Source: a virus (Duplodnaviria > Caudoviricetes). From it: a DNA stretch of 64,000 nucleotides. The notes under the pieces are model-generated. The model did no database searches. It had not been told where the DNA came from and was given only the letters and a program-made list of their open reading frames with translations. Where the stretch lies: IMG/VR virus record IMGVR_UViG_3300049794_000047. One strand, 5' to 3'. A program made the translations under genes and the position numbers. This document shows, one piece after another, positions 9,154 to 19,076 of this stretch (its first letter is position 1; every line of letters starts with the position of its first letter).

Positions 9154-10188
9154 TCACCCAACGCTCCCACTGGTAGTGCTCGGATGAATCCAATCTCCAT
9201 CGTACAACTCGTCATATGTGGGAGCCTCCTTCGTGACACTCAGGCCGAGCAACGAGCGGAAGCTGTTGAACGGGTAGAAGCGCCGGTTGAAGCGGAACAC
9301 GAACTCGTTCAGGTACGCCTGGAGGTGATCGGGCGACACGCCGTGATGCGTGCCGTTGATCCACGTTTTCAGGTTCGAGAACACGAGGTGGATCACGGGC
9401 AGGTAGTCCTCGGTGACTCCCGGCTCGCCGCGCTCGGGACACGCGAGGTGCTGGTAGCCGTGCCGAGCGAGGCCCGCGTAGCTCTGCGAGCCGTCGGTGA
9501 CGACCATCTCCGTGAGGGTGTCGACGTTCGCGGCGATGAAGCTGCCGCACGTCTTCGCGGTCTTGTCGGGGATGACCGCGAGGCGCAACCGCCCCGCATA
9601 GCGACCGCCGCGCCGGGGCTTCGCCTTGGTGTGCCGGTAGTCGTCCTCGCTCTCGATCTTCTCGACCTTGCGCTGCTTTACCTCGACCGCGCCGATCACG
9701 CGGATCTGATCGGTGACGCCTCGTCCCTTGCCGCGCGTGCGCCCGCCGACGTAGGTCTCGTCGACCTCGACGTGTGCGCGGGCGCCGATCGGCCCGCTCG
9801 TGGTCGCCATGCCGGCGCGGAGCTTGTGGAGGATCTGAAAGGCCGTCTCGTAGCGGGTGAGTCCGAGCTGGCGCTGCAACTGCACGGCGGACATGCCGGG
9901 CGTTTGGCTGGAGATCAGGAAGGCCGCCCAGAACCAGGTGCTCAGCGGCGTGTGGGTCCGCTCCATGATCGTGCCGGCAGTGAGTGCCGCATCCTTCTTG
10001 CAGCCCTTGCAGCGCAGCACGCCGGGGCGCGCGGCGAACCGGAACGGCTCCGCGGTGACGTTGCACCTCGGGCACTGGAAGCCGTCGCGCCAGCGGATCG
10101 CTTCGAGGTACTTCGCGCACGCGGCGTCGTCCGGGAACATCTTCATAAAGCCGGGGAGCGACTCGGGAAACTTGTCGGCCATGCACAT
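9154..10188 (-). CDS. IS1595-family (ISXO2-like) DDE transposase
   Basis: Zn ribbon CPRC..CKGC, HTH, VEVDETY, VVTDG, HHGVS..HLQAYLNEFVFRFNRR. Confidence 0.95.
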   Translation of the reverse strand: MCMADKFPESLPGFMKMFPDDAACAKYLEAIRWRDGFQCPRCNVTAEPFRFAARPGVLRCKGCKKDAALTAGTIMERTHTPLSTWFWAAFLISSQTPGMSAVQLQRQLGLTRYETAFQILHKLRAGMATTSGPIGARAHVEVDETYVGGRTRGKGRGVTDQIRVIGAVEVKQRKVEKIESEDDYRHTKAKPRRGGRYAGRLRLAVIPDKTAKTCGSFIAANVDTLTEMVVTDGSQSYAGLARHGYQHLACPERGEPGVTEDYLPVIHLVFSNLKTWINGTHHGVSPDHLQAYLNEFVFRFNRRFYPFNSFRSLLGLSVTKEAPTYDELYDGDWIHPSTTSGSVG

Positions 10189-10191
10189 AAC

Positions 10192-11019
10192 TTAGACCGC
10201 CTCGTCTTCGAGGTGGCGGGAGAGCGTCTCTGGCATTTCACACAGACCTCCGCACTGGACTGGCGGCTCGTTGTTGATGTGCCACTTGGGCTCGTCGATC
10301 AGGCGCAACATGCGCAGCGAAATCCGCACGCGCTTGCCGCCTCGGCGGTCGCTGAGAAACCAGGAGCCAGAGCCGAGGAGATCCTGAAGCTTGGCGACGT
10401 TCTCGTAGTTCTCTGGGTAGTGGAGATCGATGTGCTTCCAGTAGCCGAGGCCGCCCTTCGGGCATTTGAGACAGTTGCTGTTGTCGAATCCCTGGAGGTA
10501 CGGAACCGGAAGGACGAGGCCAGCGTCCGCAACGATCTGGAAGCAATCCTGTTTCGTGAGTCCCTCCTCGATCAGCGGCGCGATCACGTCACGGCCTGCG
10601 TTCGCGTCGACGAAGCTATCCAGGCGGTGCGCCTCGTCGGCCGTGTAGCCAAGCACCATCGTAGCTTCCGGGTGATATGCGTCGAGAATCTTGCCTTTGA
10701 GCAACTTGGAGCACGGCGCACCGTCGCGTCCGGCGATGAATCGCTTCGCAAACCAGACCTTGAGCGGGTCTGCATCGAACTTCGTATCGCGCAAGACCGT
10801 GATCGAACGAGCGAAGTAGCGTTCCGCGTCCGCGAGGAAGCGCCGGTTATCGGGGTGCTCTGCGGCAAGGAAGGCGTTGATCACCTCGACACGACTGCCG
10901 TAGCGGGCGAGCGCGATCTTGGTGGCGACGAACGACGCAGCGCCGCACGAGAATCGCGCGACAACTCGACCCTCTGGCACGGCGATTGCCGTTGTTTCGG
11001 AAAGGATTGCGGCGACCAT
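10192..11019 (-). CDS. PAPS-reductase-like / PP-loop (adenine nucleotide alpha hydrolase) protein, phage type
   Basis: RFSCGAAS PP-loop variant, EHPDN.RF, GAPCS..LK, GYTADE, NC..C.KGG.GYW. Confidence 0.75.
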   Translation of the reverse strand: MVAAILSETTAIAVPEGRVVARFSCGAASFVATKIALARYGSRVEVINAFLAAEHPDNRRFLADAERYFARSITVLRDTKFDADPLKVWFAKRFIAGRDGAPCSKLLKGKILDAYHPEATMVLGYTADEAHRLDSFVDANAGRDVIAPLIEEGLTKQDCFQIVADAGLVLPVPYLQGFDNSNCLKCPKGGLGYWKHIDLHYPENYENVAKLQDLLGSGSWFLSDRRGGKRVRISLRMLRLIDEPKWHINNEPPVQCGGLCEMPETLSRHLEDEAV

Positions 11020-11138
11020 GCTCTACACACTAGCCATGGATACGTTGGGTGCCAACCGGATAGGCATGGTTTGATCCCCATCGCCCGGGGCTTACCCTTG
11101 CCAAGCTTGACGCGGGGCGTACGTCATCGGGCATCTAA

Positions 11139-11313
11139 GGGGCTGGAACGAAATAACCTGGTCATTTCGGGTGGATCTTCGTCCGAAAATCGGGCAAATG
11201 ACCAAGTTAATAAAGTCCAGCCCCTAAGGAGCTGGAACGAAATAACCTGGTCATCTCTGGTGGATCTTCGTCGGGGAATCGTTCAAATGACCAAGTTAAT
11301 AAAGTCCAGCCCC
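11139..11313 (+). mobile_element. tandem pair of 86-bp MITEs, copies 3 and 4 (11139-11224, 11228-11313)
   Basis: TAA-element-TAA-element-TAA arrangement. Confidence 0.88.
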
Positions 11314-11520
11314 TAACTCAGAGAACGAAAGTCCGCACGGCTGGTGTGCGTGCGCTCCCTTGTCAGTCTTGTCATTACCTGCCTCAAAAACGGCGGCCTC
11401 AGTCGCCGGGATCTGTCTCTACGGACACCACCCACCACCCATAGACCGGATCCGGGCTTTGAAAGGGGCGCCGATCCATGTCAGATCCACCGCCCATCCC
11501 GGGTAGACTTCACCCACACG

Positions 11521-11883
11521 ATGCCAACTTGTCCTGATTCCCCGAGCCGCCCGCCCCGCGAGGAGCTCGATCGTCTGATCGATCTCGTCGCGTGGGCCAA
11601 GACCTGCTTGCTCATCGCCGCCGCGACCCCGCCCGGCAGCCCCCAGCGTGATCGCGAGGTGGCGAAACTGAAGAAGGCCGTCGTTGACCCCCGCCGCGTC
11701 ACCAACGAAATCTTGGGCAGACTGCAGGAACTGCCAGACGCCATCCGCGTCGAGCTGCGTGTATGTGAGTTGGCGATCCCCAAGCTCGAGGCCGGAGCCA
11801 TCCTTCGCCAGTCTCCGCCGCACGGTGATGCAGGACACACGTCGCAGCCCTCCAAGACCCCAACCCCCAAGAGCGGATCATGA
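11521..11883 (+). CDS. hypothetical protein
   Basis: ATGA overlap with dnaJ. Confidence 0.5.
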   Translation: MPTCPDSPSRPPREELDRLIDLVAWAKTCLLIAAATPPGSPQRDREVAKLKKAVVDPRRVTNEILGRLQELPDAIRVELRVCELAIPKLEAGAILRQSPPHGDAGHTSQPSKTPTPKSGS

Positions 11884-13010
11884 ACGCGACCCCCGGAGCA
11901 CGAGACCTCTACGAGGTACTCGAAGTCCCACGCGCGGCGAGCGACGTTGACCTCAAGAAAGCGTACCACCGCCTCGCAAAGAAGTACCACCCCGATGTGT
12001 GCCCAGGCGACAAGGCCGCCGAGGACAAATTCAAGGAGGCCGCGAACGCCTACCAGGTTCTTTCCAACAGCGAACGGCGCGCCGCCTATGATCGCTTCGG
12101 TCTCGACGGGCTGCGACGCGGGGGCTCACCCGGGGCTGAACCACCCTTCGAGGGCTTCAAAAACGTCGAGGACATCTTCTCGACGTTCGGAAACTTGTTC
12201 GGCGAGTTCTTCACCCAACGTGCGACAAGATCCACGTGCGGTGCAGACCTGCACCTTGAGATCCGCCTAGCCTTCCACGAGGCCGTATGGGGAACACGCC
12301 GAGACGTGAAGCTCACCCGGACAGTCAACTGCTCGACGTGTGACGGAACTGGCGCGGCGCGCGGAGGCAGAGCAGAAACCTGTCGACCCTGCCAGGGCAA
12401 AGGCCAGGTCGTCCACGCCCAGGGCTTCTTCATGGTGCAGACAACGTGCTCACAGTGCCAGGGCCGTGGCAGGACGATCAGTGTCCCGTGCGTCAGCTGC
12501 CACGGCCGAGGTCTCGGGCCCGAAACGGCCACCCTCTCACTGACGATCCCCCCCGGCGTTAGCCACAAGCAGACACTCCGCGTCGGCGGCAAGGGCGAAT
12601 GCGCACCCGGCGGCACACCTGGCGATCTCTACGTCCTCCTTCACGTGACGAATGACGACAGGTTCACGCGCGAAGAAGACAACGACGTCACCAGTGAGGT
12701 ATCGATCAGCTTCGCCCGAGCCGCCCTCGGCGGGGAAGTCGAAGTCGACACGCTCGACGACGCTTGTCATGGCACCGCAATCCTGGAGCTCGCCCCAGGC
12801 ACACAACCCGACGACCTGGTCGTGCGCCGCGGGCAGGGCGTGCCGCGCCTCGACGGCCACGGACGGGGCGACCACCTGATCCAGTTCAAGGTGGAGGTCC
12901 CCAGGAAGCTGACGGACAAACAGGCAAAGATCCTGTGCGAGTTCGCGGCGGAACTTGGCGAGGAGCTGGGCGCGAAGAGCAAACGCCCTAAGAAGCGGCG
13001 AAACAGGTGA
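11880..13010 (+). CDS. dnaJ: molecular chaperone DnaJ (class A)
   Basis: J-domain with HPD, G/F-rich region, four CxxCxGxG motifs, C-terminal GDLYV domain. Confidence 0.95.
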   Translation: MNATPGARDLYEVLEVPRAASDVDLKKAYHRLAKKYHPDVCPGDKAAEDKFKEAANAYQVLSNSERRAAYDRFGLDGLRRGGSPGAEPPFEGFKNVEDIFSTFGNLFGEFFTQRATRSTCGADLHLEIRLAFHEAVWGTRRDVKLTRTVNCSTCDGTGAARGGRAETCRPCQGKGQVVHAQGFFMVQTTCSQCQGRGRTISVPCVSCHGRGLGPETATLSLTIPPGVSHKQTLRVGGKGECAPGGTPGDLYVLLHVTNDDRFTREEDNDVTSEVSISFARAALGGEVEVDTLDDACHGTAILELAPGTQPDDLVVRRGQGVPRLDGHGRGDHLIQFKVEVPRKLTDKQAKILCEFAAELGEELGAKSKRPKKRRNR

Positions 13011-13065
13011 GCCGCGCGACCGCGCGGCTGTCCCACGTAGCACACGTTGCATATAACCACGCGGC

Positions 13066-13686
13066 ATGGGAGTCTTCATCTGCAGGCCGTGCGATATCGA
13101 CAGAACAGCCAAAGCGTGTCTGATGACGAACAAGCGTACATTTGACCCAAGGACCCCTCGGATCCGCGTGCTCCGTGATAGCTTCTTTGCCGTCCCGTCG
13201 CACGGCCACCTCCGGTGGACAGAGGCGACGCCAGAATCGGCACACCGCCACAGTTTCGAGTGCGGCTGCACAGTGAATGCCGATCGCAGGCCGTCGGGAC
13301 GACCCGAATCAGTCCGACAGGAGATCCGGATCGTATGGGAGGACTGTGTGATCCGGATTGAGGACGAGGGCTCCTGTCCGTGGGTGACGTTCCGGAAGGC
13401 GGGCGATGCCGAAGCGTGGATCGCCCGTTACGCGACCGGGAAGGTCTTCCAGCAGGCCAGCGAGGTCCGGCAGCTCGCTCGGCCACACACACGCGCCCAG
13501 ACCGCCCCGGTCGTCGCCGTCCAGTTGGCCGTCGAGGCCGACTATGCCCTCACGAGCGGGGCGACGGAACTCCGACGCTTGTTGCGCCCGTTCGCCTTCG
13601 CGATAGAAGGCACGGAACTGTTCCGGCGAGCTGGGGAGATCAAGGTAGAGGCAGAGGAGAGGTGTAGGCGCAAGGGCAGGGGCTAG
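13066..13686 (+). CDS. hypothetical protein
   Basis: Co-oriented 206-aa ORF; start uncertain. Confidence 0.45.
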   Translation: MGVFICRPCDIDRTAKACLMTNKRTFDPRTPRIRVLRDSFFAVPSHGHLRWTEATPESAHRHSFECGCTVNADRRPSGRPESVRQEIRIVWEDCVIRIEDEGSCPWVTFRKAGDAEAWIARYATGKVFQQASEVRQLARPHTRAQTAPVVAVQLAVEADYALTSGATELRRLLRPFAFAIEGTELFRRAGEIKVEAEERCRRKGRG

Positions 13687-13690
13687 TGAT

Positions 13691-13948
13691 ATGGCCCTGC
13701 CTGACCTCGCTACCCTCATGAATATGATAGAGCACTACATGGCGCAGCTCGAGCGGGCGATGCGCCGTGAGCGCGGCAAGCGCGGGGCGCATATCGTCAA
13801 TATCCATGAATTTGACAGGTCGCTGATCGAACTCATGCAGTACGTCCATGGGCAACTTCCCGCATCAGCCGCACACGCCGTGATTGCGGCAATCGTGCGC
13901 GGTATTCTCGAGGGCCACGGCATTATCGACTACGGAAATCCGTCGTGA
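13691..13948 (+). CDS. hypothetical protein
   Basis: 85-aa helical ORF directly after the previous stop. Confidence 0.5.
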   Translation: MALPDLATLMNMIEHYMAQLERAMRRERGKRGAHIVNIHEFDRSLIELMQYVHGQLPASAAHAVIAAIVRGILEGHGIIDYGNPS

Positions 13949-13970
13949 TCTACAAGGATCGGAATTAGGC

Positions 13971-14546
13971 GTGTCATGGGAAAATGCCGATCTGCTCCGG
14001 CAACTACGCGCGGACGCGGTCGCTCGCGGGCTCTGCATGTCCTGTCGGGCACGGCAGTCGCGCACGGGGGTCAAGACTTGCGATGTCTGTCTTGATCGCC
14101 GCAAGGGCGCCGTGCGCGTTCGTCATGCTCAGGGGCGCTGCAAATGCGGCACGGCCCTCCGCAATCGCCGATTCAAGCAATGCCCGCAATGTCGGAAGGC
14201 CGCTCGTGCCAGGGAGCGCCGTCCAACAGACTTGATCCGGCGATTGCGTGCCGACGCCGTCGCGAGCGGGCTCTGCATGACCTGTCGGATCCGCCGGCCG
14301 CGCCCGTGGGTCAAGACCTGCGACGTCTGCCTGGGGCACGGAAAAAAGGTCGTGCAATCACGTCGTGCCCGGGGCGGTTGCAGCGGGTGTGGCGCGGTCC
14401 TCCGCGATCGGTTCAAACTATGCCGACGGTGTCGGAAGGCTCGTCGCGCCCAAGATCAGCGCCGACAGCAGCGCCTGATCGCATGCGTATATGTCCGAGC
14501 GCTGTTGCGCGTTCGAGTGCTGCCGTCCGGCAGAGTGATTTTATAG
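13971..14546 (+). CDS. Cys/Arg-rich protein with duplicated multi-CxxC module
   Basis: LRADAVA.GLCM.CR......VKTCDVCL occurs twice, each followed by further Cys pairs. Confidence 0.6.
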   Translation: MSWENADLLRQLRADAVARGLCMSCRARQSRTGVKTCDVCLDRRKGAVRVRHAQGRCKCGTALRNRRFKQCPQCRKAARARERRPTDLIRRLRADAVASGLCMTCRIRRPRPWVKTCDVCLGHGKKVVQSRRARGGCSGCGAVLRDRFKLCRRCRKARRAQDQRRQQRLIACVYVRALLRVRVLPSGRVIL

Positions 14547-14959
14547 GTGAACTTGGACATGCCTCAATCTGGTCATTTGTACGACGAATGCAAGAGCATT
14601 CGTACGACGCGTCGCAGAAGTGTGCATTTTCCCCTGCCAGATCGTCCGACGCCCCCGACGTGGAAGCAGACCCACGAGCGTCCGCGAGCGCCCTTTCACG
14701 ACTGACCGCCCTGACTGCGGCGAGCATCATGGTTCAGTGCTGGTGCTTGCGCAGCACCACAAACCGCGTCGCGGTTCATGGCCAGCCCCTGACCGCGGTG
14801 AGCGGCAGGATCCAGTTCTGCCGCTTGCGCAACGCCGCGACCTCGTCGGCGACCCGCTCCGGTTCCCAGAGCCAGAGGTGTGCACTGCCGAGGTCGTAGC
14901 CGCGACGGCAGGTCGCCGGGTCGTAGATGTACGCGTCGATCGCGCTTTTGAGAGCGTAA

Positions 14960-14995
14960 GGGGCTGGAACGAAATAACCTGGTCATTTCGGGTGG
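14960..14995 (+). mobile_element. truncated MITE (left arm only), copy 5
   Basis: TAA then GGGGCTGGAACGAAATAACCTGGTCATTTCGGGTGG, then similarity stops. Confidence 0.75.
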
Positions 14996-15832
14996 GATGT
15001 GAATTCCCAAGTGCCCAAGCGTCGCCATGGTTCTCCAAGGAGCAGTCTATCGTCTATCGCGGCCGAGCCCACTCAGGAACCGGTCGAGATATGATCGCCG
15101 CCCAGGCCGTGCTCGGTGACGCTCGTCCAAGTCCGTGGCCATCCGCGCCACCGAGGAGGAACGCGCGGCGTGGGTCAGTGCCGCAGTGCCGCCGACCACC
15201 TCAAGCGCGCACTGTCAGAGTGGTGTGACGGCCTCATCGTGGAGCGCGACCATCTCCTCGGCGAGCATCACGATCGCGTTAGCGGTCAGCTCCGCGAGTT
15301 GTCGATGAGTCCCTCGCGGCAGACATGGTCAGCCTCCGATGTGTGCTCGGCGATCTGCTGTACCGCGGTCGCGACCAGGCCGAGGCGCTCGACGAGCGCG
15401 ACGACGTGACCGTGGCGCGAGCAGCCCCACGCGTCGACCTGCGGCCGATCGAGTTGGCGCATGACGCGCTGGACGGCCGCCCGCACGTCCTCGGCCCCCA
15501 ACCTCACGGCGCCCCTCGGTCGACTATCATCTCCTCGTCCACGAAATCGTCCGGCGGGTAGCCGCGGTGCGGGCAGACCCGCGGCGACAGCCACTGGCGT
15601 GCGAGGCGCTGACCGCCGTTCCGTCGTTCGCGATGCTCATCGATCCCGACGCCGGCGAACCGCGCATGTGCAAGCACGAGCGCGGGCCTACCGCCCGTTG
15701 CTCGCGCGGTGTGCCAGCACGCGCTCGTCACATCATGGCTAAATCATTCAATAATCTAATGGCGTGGGTCGTCCTCCAAGGAAGCGCAGCTCGCGTTGGC
15801 CCATCTGGCCGCGGTGATGTAAAGTAGGACAA

Positions 15833-16660
15833 GTGACGCAACCCTTAGCAATGGTCAACCCGCGCGCTTTCTGGGATGAACTCGTTTCACCCGGAAAGAT
15901 CGCGCGCCTAAGGGCTGCAACGGAACCACCGCCGCTGACGGATGTCGAGACGCGCGATCCTGCCCGTCAACGCCGCGACGCATACCGTAGGTGGGTCGAC
16001 TGTGGTGGTGAGATTATCATGGGACAACTTCGTGCAGGCGCAGACGTCGAGGATGCAGTCGACTGCGTGTTCGATGATGATGACTGGCGCCGGCATCTTC
16101 AAGAGTACTTTCATTGGACCGAAGTGGCTCCACCAGAATTGCAGGCCCCGGAGACTCTCAAAACGCGATTTCCATGGGCAGCGGGACATGTTGTAAGTCC
16201 GCCCAATCGCAAGCTAGCAACCAGATGTGTAGAATTGCTAAACGCGACCTTTATTGCCCATGAACATCTGTTCGACGCGCAATATCAATGGCCGCGCTCG
16301 CATGATCATAGCAATGACGATGCTCAGGATCCGCTGTGGTTTCTGAGTGATCCAACCATTCCGGCTGCCTTGCGAACGGGTCTACTCAATCATCGGCGAG
16401 GCGCGGTGGCGGTTGTATCGACGTATCCATATACTCGACCCTCTGTGCGTCCTGATACTTTCGGGGATGTGGTCCGATTGGTTAAGTTTGCCAAGGATAG
16501 TCTCGAAAAATATCTACACGTTCTCGCAAACATCCCAGAGGCCGGCGTCAGTATTGTTGGGCCTGATCAACAAAGTATTTCACCACCAGAAGAAGATTTA
16601 GTTGAGCCATTTCGCGTTGCCTTGAAAAATGGAGCGGCGATTGGCGCCTCCTCGCGTTGA
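15833..16660 (+). CDS. hypothetical protein, lower GC than flanks
   Basis: 275-aa ORF, visibly AT-richer codons. Confidence 0.7.
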   Translation: MTQPLAMVNPRAFWDELVSPGKIARLRAATEPPPLTDVETRDPARQRRDAYRRWVDCGGEIIMGQLRAGADVEDAVDCVFDDDDWRRHLQEYFHWTEVAPPELQAPETLKTRFPWAAGHVVSPPNRKLATRCVELLNATFIAHEHLFDAQYQWPRSHDHSNDDAQDPLWFLSDPTIPAALRTGLLNHRRGAVAVVSTYPYTRPSVRPDTFGDVVRLVKFAKDSLEKYLHVLANIPEAGVSIVGPDQQSISPPEEDLVEPFRVALKNGAAIGASSR

Positions 16661-16990
16661 ACGACGAGCTCCAAGAGCACGCGACTGGGCGTTGCCTCAG
16701 AACCAGGGATCGCTGAGGTAGTTTCGAGGCAGCTCGTTCGATTGCGGGGCGCATGATTGGCTTGGACGCCACCTCAGTCATGAACCGCAAGATCTAGGGG
16801 CAGCGACATCGAATCAGGGGCAGTTGAATGAGAGGAGCCTGCTAGTGATCCTCGACGGAGAAACGCTCGTGATTCGATGTCACACGGGCGCAGTACGACA
16901 TCGTGGACACCCCTCGTCGCCTCTGGCGGGGGAACAGAACCACAGCGGCCCGCCGACGGTTGCATCCGCCGACGAGCCAAGGAGTCCACG

Positions 16991-17278
16991 ATGTCGAAGC
17001 ATCGCAACCCCCGCCCCAAGGTACCGAAGCTCCCTCCCCCTGACAACCTCGCCACCAGCCTCCTGATCCGGCACCTCTACGACGCCCTGGTCGAGCTGGA
17101 GGCCCTCGCCGTCACGGCTGACGAGGCCGTCACGATGCTGCCCGCCGGGCCAACCGGCAGGTACAAGCGGACCCTGGCCCGACTGTACTCGCTGGTTGGG
17201 AGAACCGCTGGCAAGGCGAGCGCCACCCTCGAGCTTGGCGAGGAGCTGGTCGATTTGCACGAGGCGATCAAGTCGTGA
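16991..17278 (+). CDS. hypothetical helical protein
   Basis: AAGGAG RBS before MSKHRNP. Confidence 0.65.
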   Translation: MSKHRNPRPKVPKLPPPDNLATSLLIRHLYDALVELEALAVTADEAVTMLPAGPTGRYKRTLARLYSLVGRTAGKASATLELGEELVDLHEAIKS

Positions 17279-17851
17279 GCCCCCGCGCGCTCCGCCTCGC
17301 GGACGTCCTCTGCGGCCAGCTTGCCAAGCTTGGCCCCGGCGCGTGCTTGCTCAGGTTGCGGTGAGACCGACGGATACTCCACGAGTTAACTTCGGGGCCT
17401 ACAGAGAGCGCAGTCGTTGCAGTATCCTTTTGGGAGCCAGATCTCGAACTCCTGCAAATCCGAAGTTGCCAGCATCTTACGGAAAGGGTCACTGCCTGGA
17501 TGATCGCTGAGTCGCCGCACTATGTCCTCGACTTGTTCACGCGTTATCATGTGGCGTTCCTGATCCGTAGATGGCTTGGTCTTATTCATTAATTGTTTGC
17601 CTCAGAGCAATAACATTGGAGACAGATGTCAGTTTTTCGAGTCTCGGCTCCTCGCGGCTTCGCGAGGTAGTCAACGGCATTCGCCTTCCGTGACTCCTCA
17701 TCGAGCTTGCGCACGTAAGCGGATCGCCGCCGTTTCAAGGTCGATCCCTGCGCCTCCAGCCGTGTCCAAGCCCTCGACGGCCGCAGCTGCGTAGCGGATC
17801 GCGGTCGTACGAAGCGCATCGTGTTTCTCATCGCTCATTTCGGGGCACGCC

Positions 17852-18304
17852 TCACGCCGACGTTCTCTTGTTCATTGCAAAACTGCAGTGATCACAGTAG
17901 GCTCCTCCACCGCTCTTGCGACAGATCCACGCGATCTGCGCGTCTGTGTGGACTGATCCGCCGCACGCCTCGCATGCGACTGGATCATCTGGTCGGATCT
18001 GCGCGAGAGCCTTCGCGCAATCAGAACAGAGCGGGATGTCATCAACTGCACGCTCGGAAGCATAACCATGGCAAGCAGCACACAGTTGTACTTGCCGACA
18101 TTCCACCAAAGACGGTCGCGAAGTCTGGCCGGTCTCAACGTCGATAACGACGGCGTGCGAGATGTGCTCGTACTCGTCGTAGAGAGCCAGTAGTGCGCCC
18201 TCAGGATCTTCCGCATTGCGCGTCGCGCTAAGGCGGTGCCTGATCTCCGGCACTCCTTGCGTTCGACCGACGAAATGGATATCGAATTGTTTCATACGTG
18301 GCAT
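17852..18304 (-). CDS. Cys-rich hypothetical protein
   Basis: GGAGG RBS; multiple CxxC. Confidence 0.6.
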   Translation of the reverse strand: MPRMKQFDIHFVGRTQGVPEIRHRLSATRNAEDPEGALLALYDEYEHISHAVVIDVETGQTSRPSLVECRQVQLCAACHGYASERAVDDIPLCSDCAKALAQIRPDDPVACEACGGSVHTDAQIAWICRKSGGGAYCDHCSFAMNKRTSA

Positions 18305-18460
18305 GCAGCCTCCGTGCGCAACATGTCGAGGACAGCAACGCCCCCCATGAGCAGCTCAGAGCGTTCTGTCCCAGCCTGCTTGACGACGGTTTCCTCATCT
18401 GCAAAATCATCCGGCGGCCGACAGGTGCGCTGAGCCGCGGGGGGCGCGAGGCGTTGGTTA

Positions 18461-18997
18461 CTACGCTGTGGCAACTTCGACGATCGCCTTGTCACGACGC
18501 TTGTTACGAGACAGTCTCCTCTGTGCGTGAATGCCCTCCATTGCCGCGATGAATGGCACACCTCCCTCGGTAGTGCCGATGTAAGTTACTACTATCTGCA
18601 CGGACTGCCCAGGCTCGATGGCGCGGAACGTGAGAAAACGGTCAAGCACCTCCGGCCCCGTGGCGAACATGTCGCCCGGGATGTCTCCGCTTTGCTCAAA
18701 GATCGATTTGCCAGCAAGCTTGATGTCATTTACAAGCCAGTCAGCAGCTCCGCCATTCGTGCCGGCATTCGAGATGCAGATACGCTGGGGCTTGAAAGCG
18801 TGATCTACCCGTCCCGTGATCTCCGCGCTCTCATTACGTGACACTTTCACACTGGTACTCATCGGCAGAATCACGTGCTCACTCCAACGGCGGGCACGCG
18901 CCGGGCCGTTGATCATGCGAAGTTCTCGCCAGATCGCGGCAAGGCCGATCATGATTGCGACCGTGAGGGTCATCAGAAGCGCTGCTGAGTTTTCCAT
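18461..18997 (-). CDS. membrane-anchored beta-rich protein
   Basis: AAGGAAA RBS, N-terminal TM helix, alternating beta-strand pattern. Confidence 0.7.
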   Translation of the reverse strand: MENSAALLMTLTVAIMIGLAAIWRELRMINGPARARRWSEHVILPMSTSVKVSRNESAEITGRVDHAFKPQRICISNAGTNGGAADWLVNDIKLAGKSIFEQSGDIPGDMFATGPEVLDRFLTFRAIEPGQSVQIVVTYIGTTEGGVPFIAAMEGIHAQRRLSRNKRRDKAIVEVATA

Positions 18998-19076
18998 TTT
19001 AACTGTTTCCTTTCATGGACCTGAGCTTACCGCTTCACGGGACAAAATTGAAGCTTCTCCATCGTTTTGTCCCGGC

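Larger units (their letters stand above)
9138..11068 (-). mobile_element. IS1595-family element with passenger gene
   Basis: 23-bp TIRs CATGCCTGTCCGGTTGTCACCCA and (rc) CATGCCTATCCGGTTGGCACCCA; 8-bp TSD GTTTGATC at 9130-9137 and 11069-11076. Confidence 0.92.

Noticed and set aside
9015-11068. Single composite element spanning the MITE and the IS1595
   Set aside because: Outer flanks differ (GGATCATC vs GTTTGATC), while the inner IS has a perfect TSD.
11139-11313. Tandem palindromic repeats as a CRISPR array or integron attC sites
   Set aside because: Units are 86 bp with TWA duplications, dispersed in both orientations, with related centres; no cas or integrase gene and no RYYYAAC/GTTRRRY core.
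9139-11316. 725-aa + strand ORF
   Set aside because: Antisense shadow of the IS1595 transposase and passenger; it runs through TIRs and MITEs and has no motifs.
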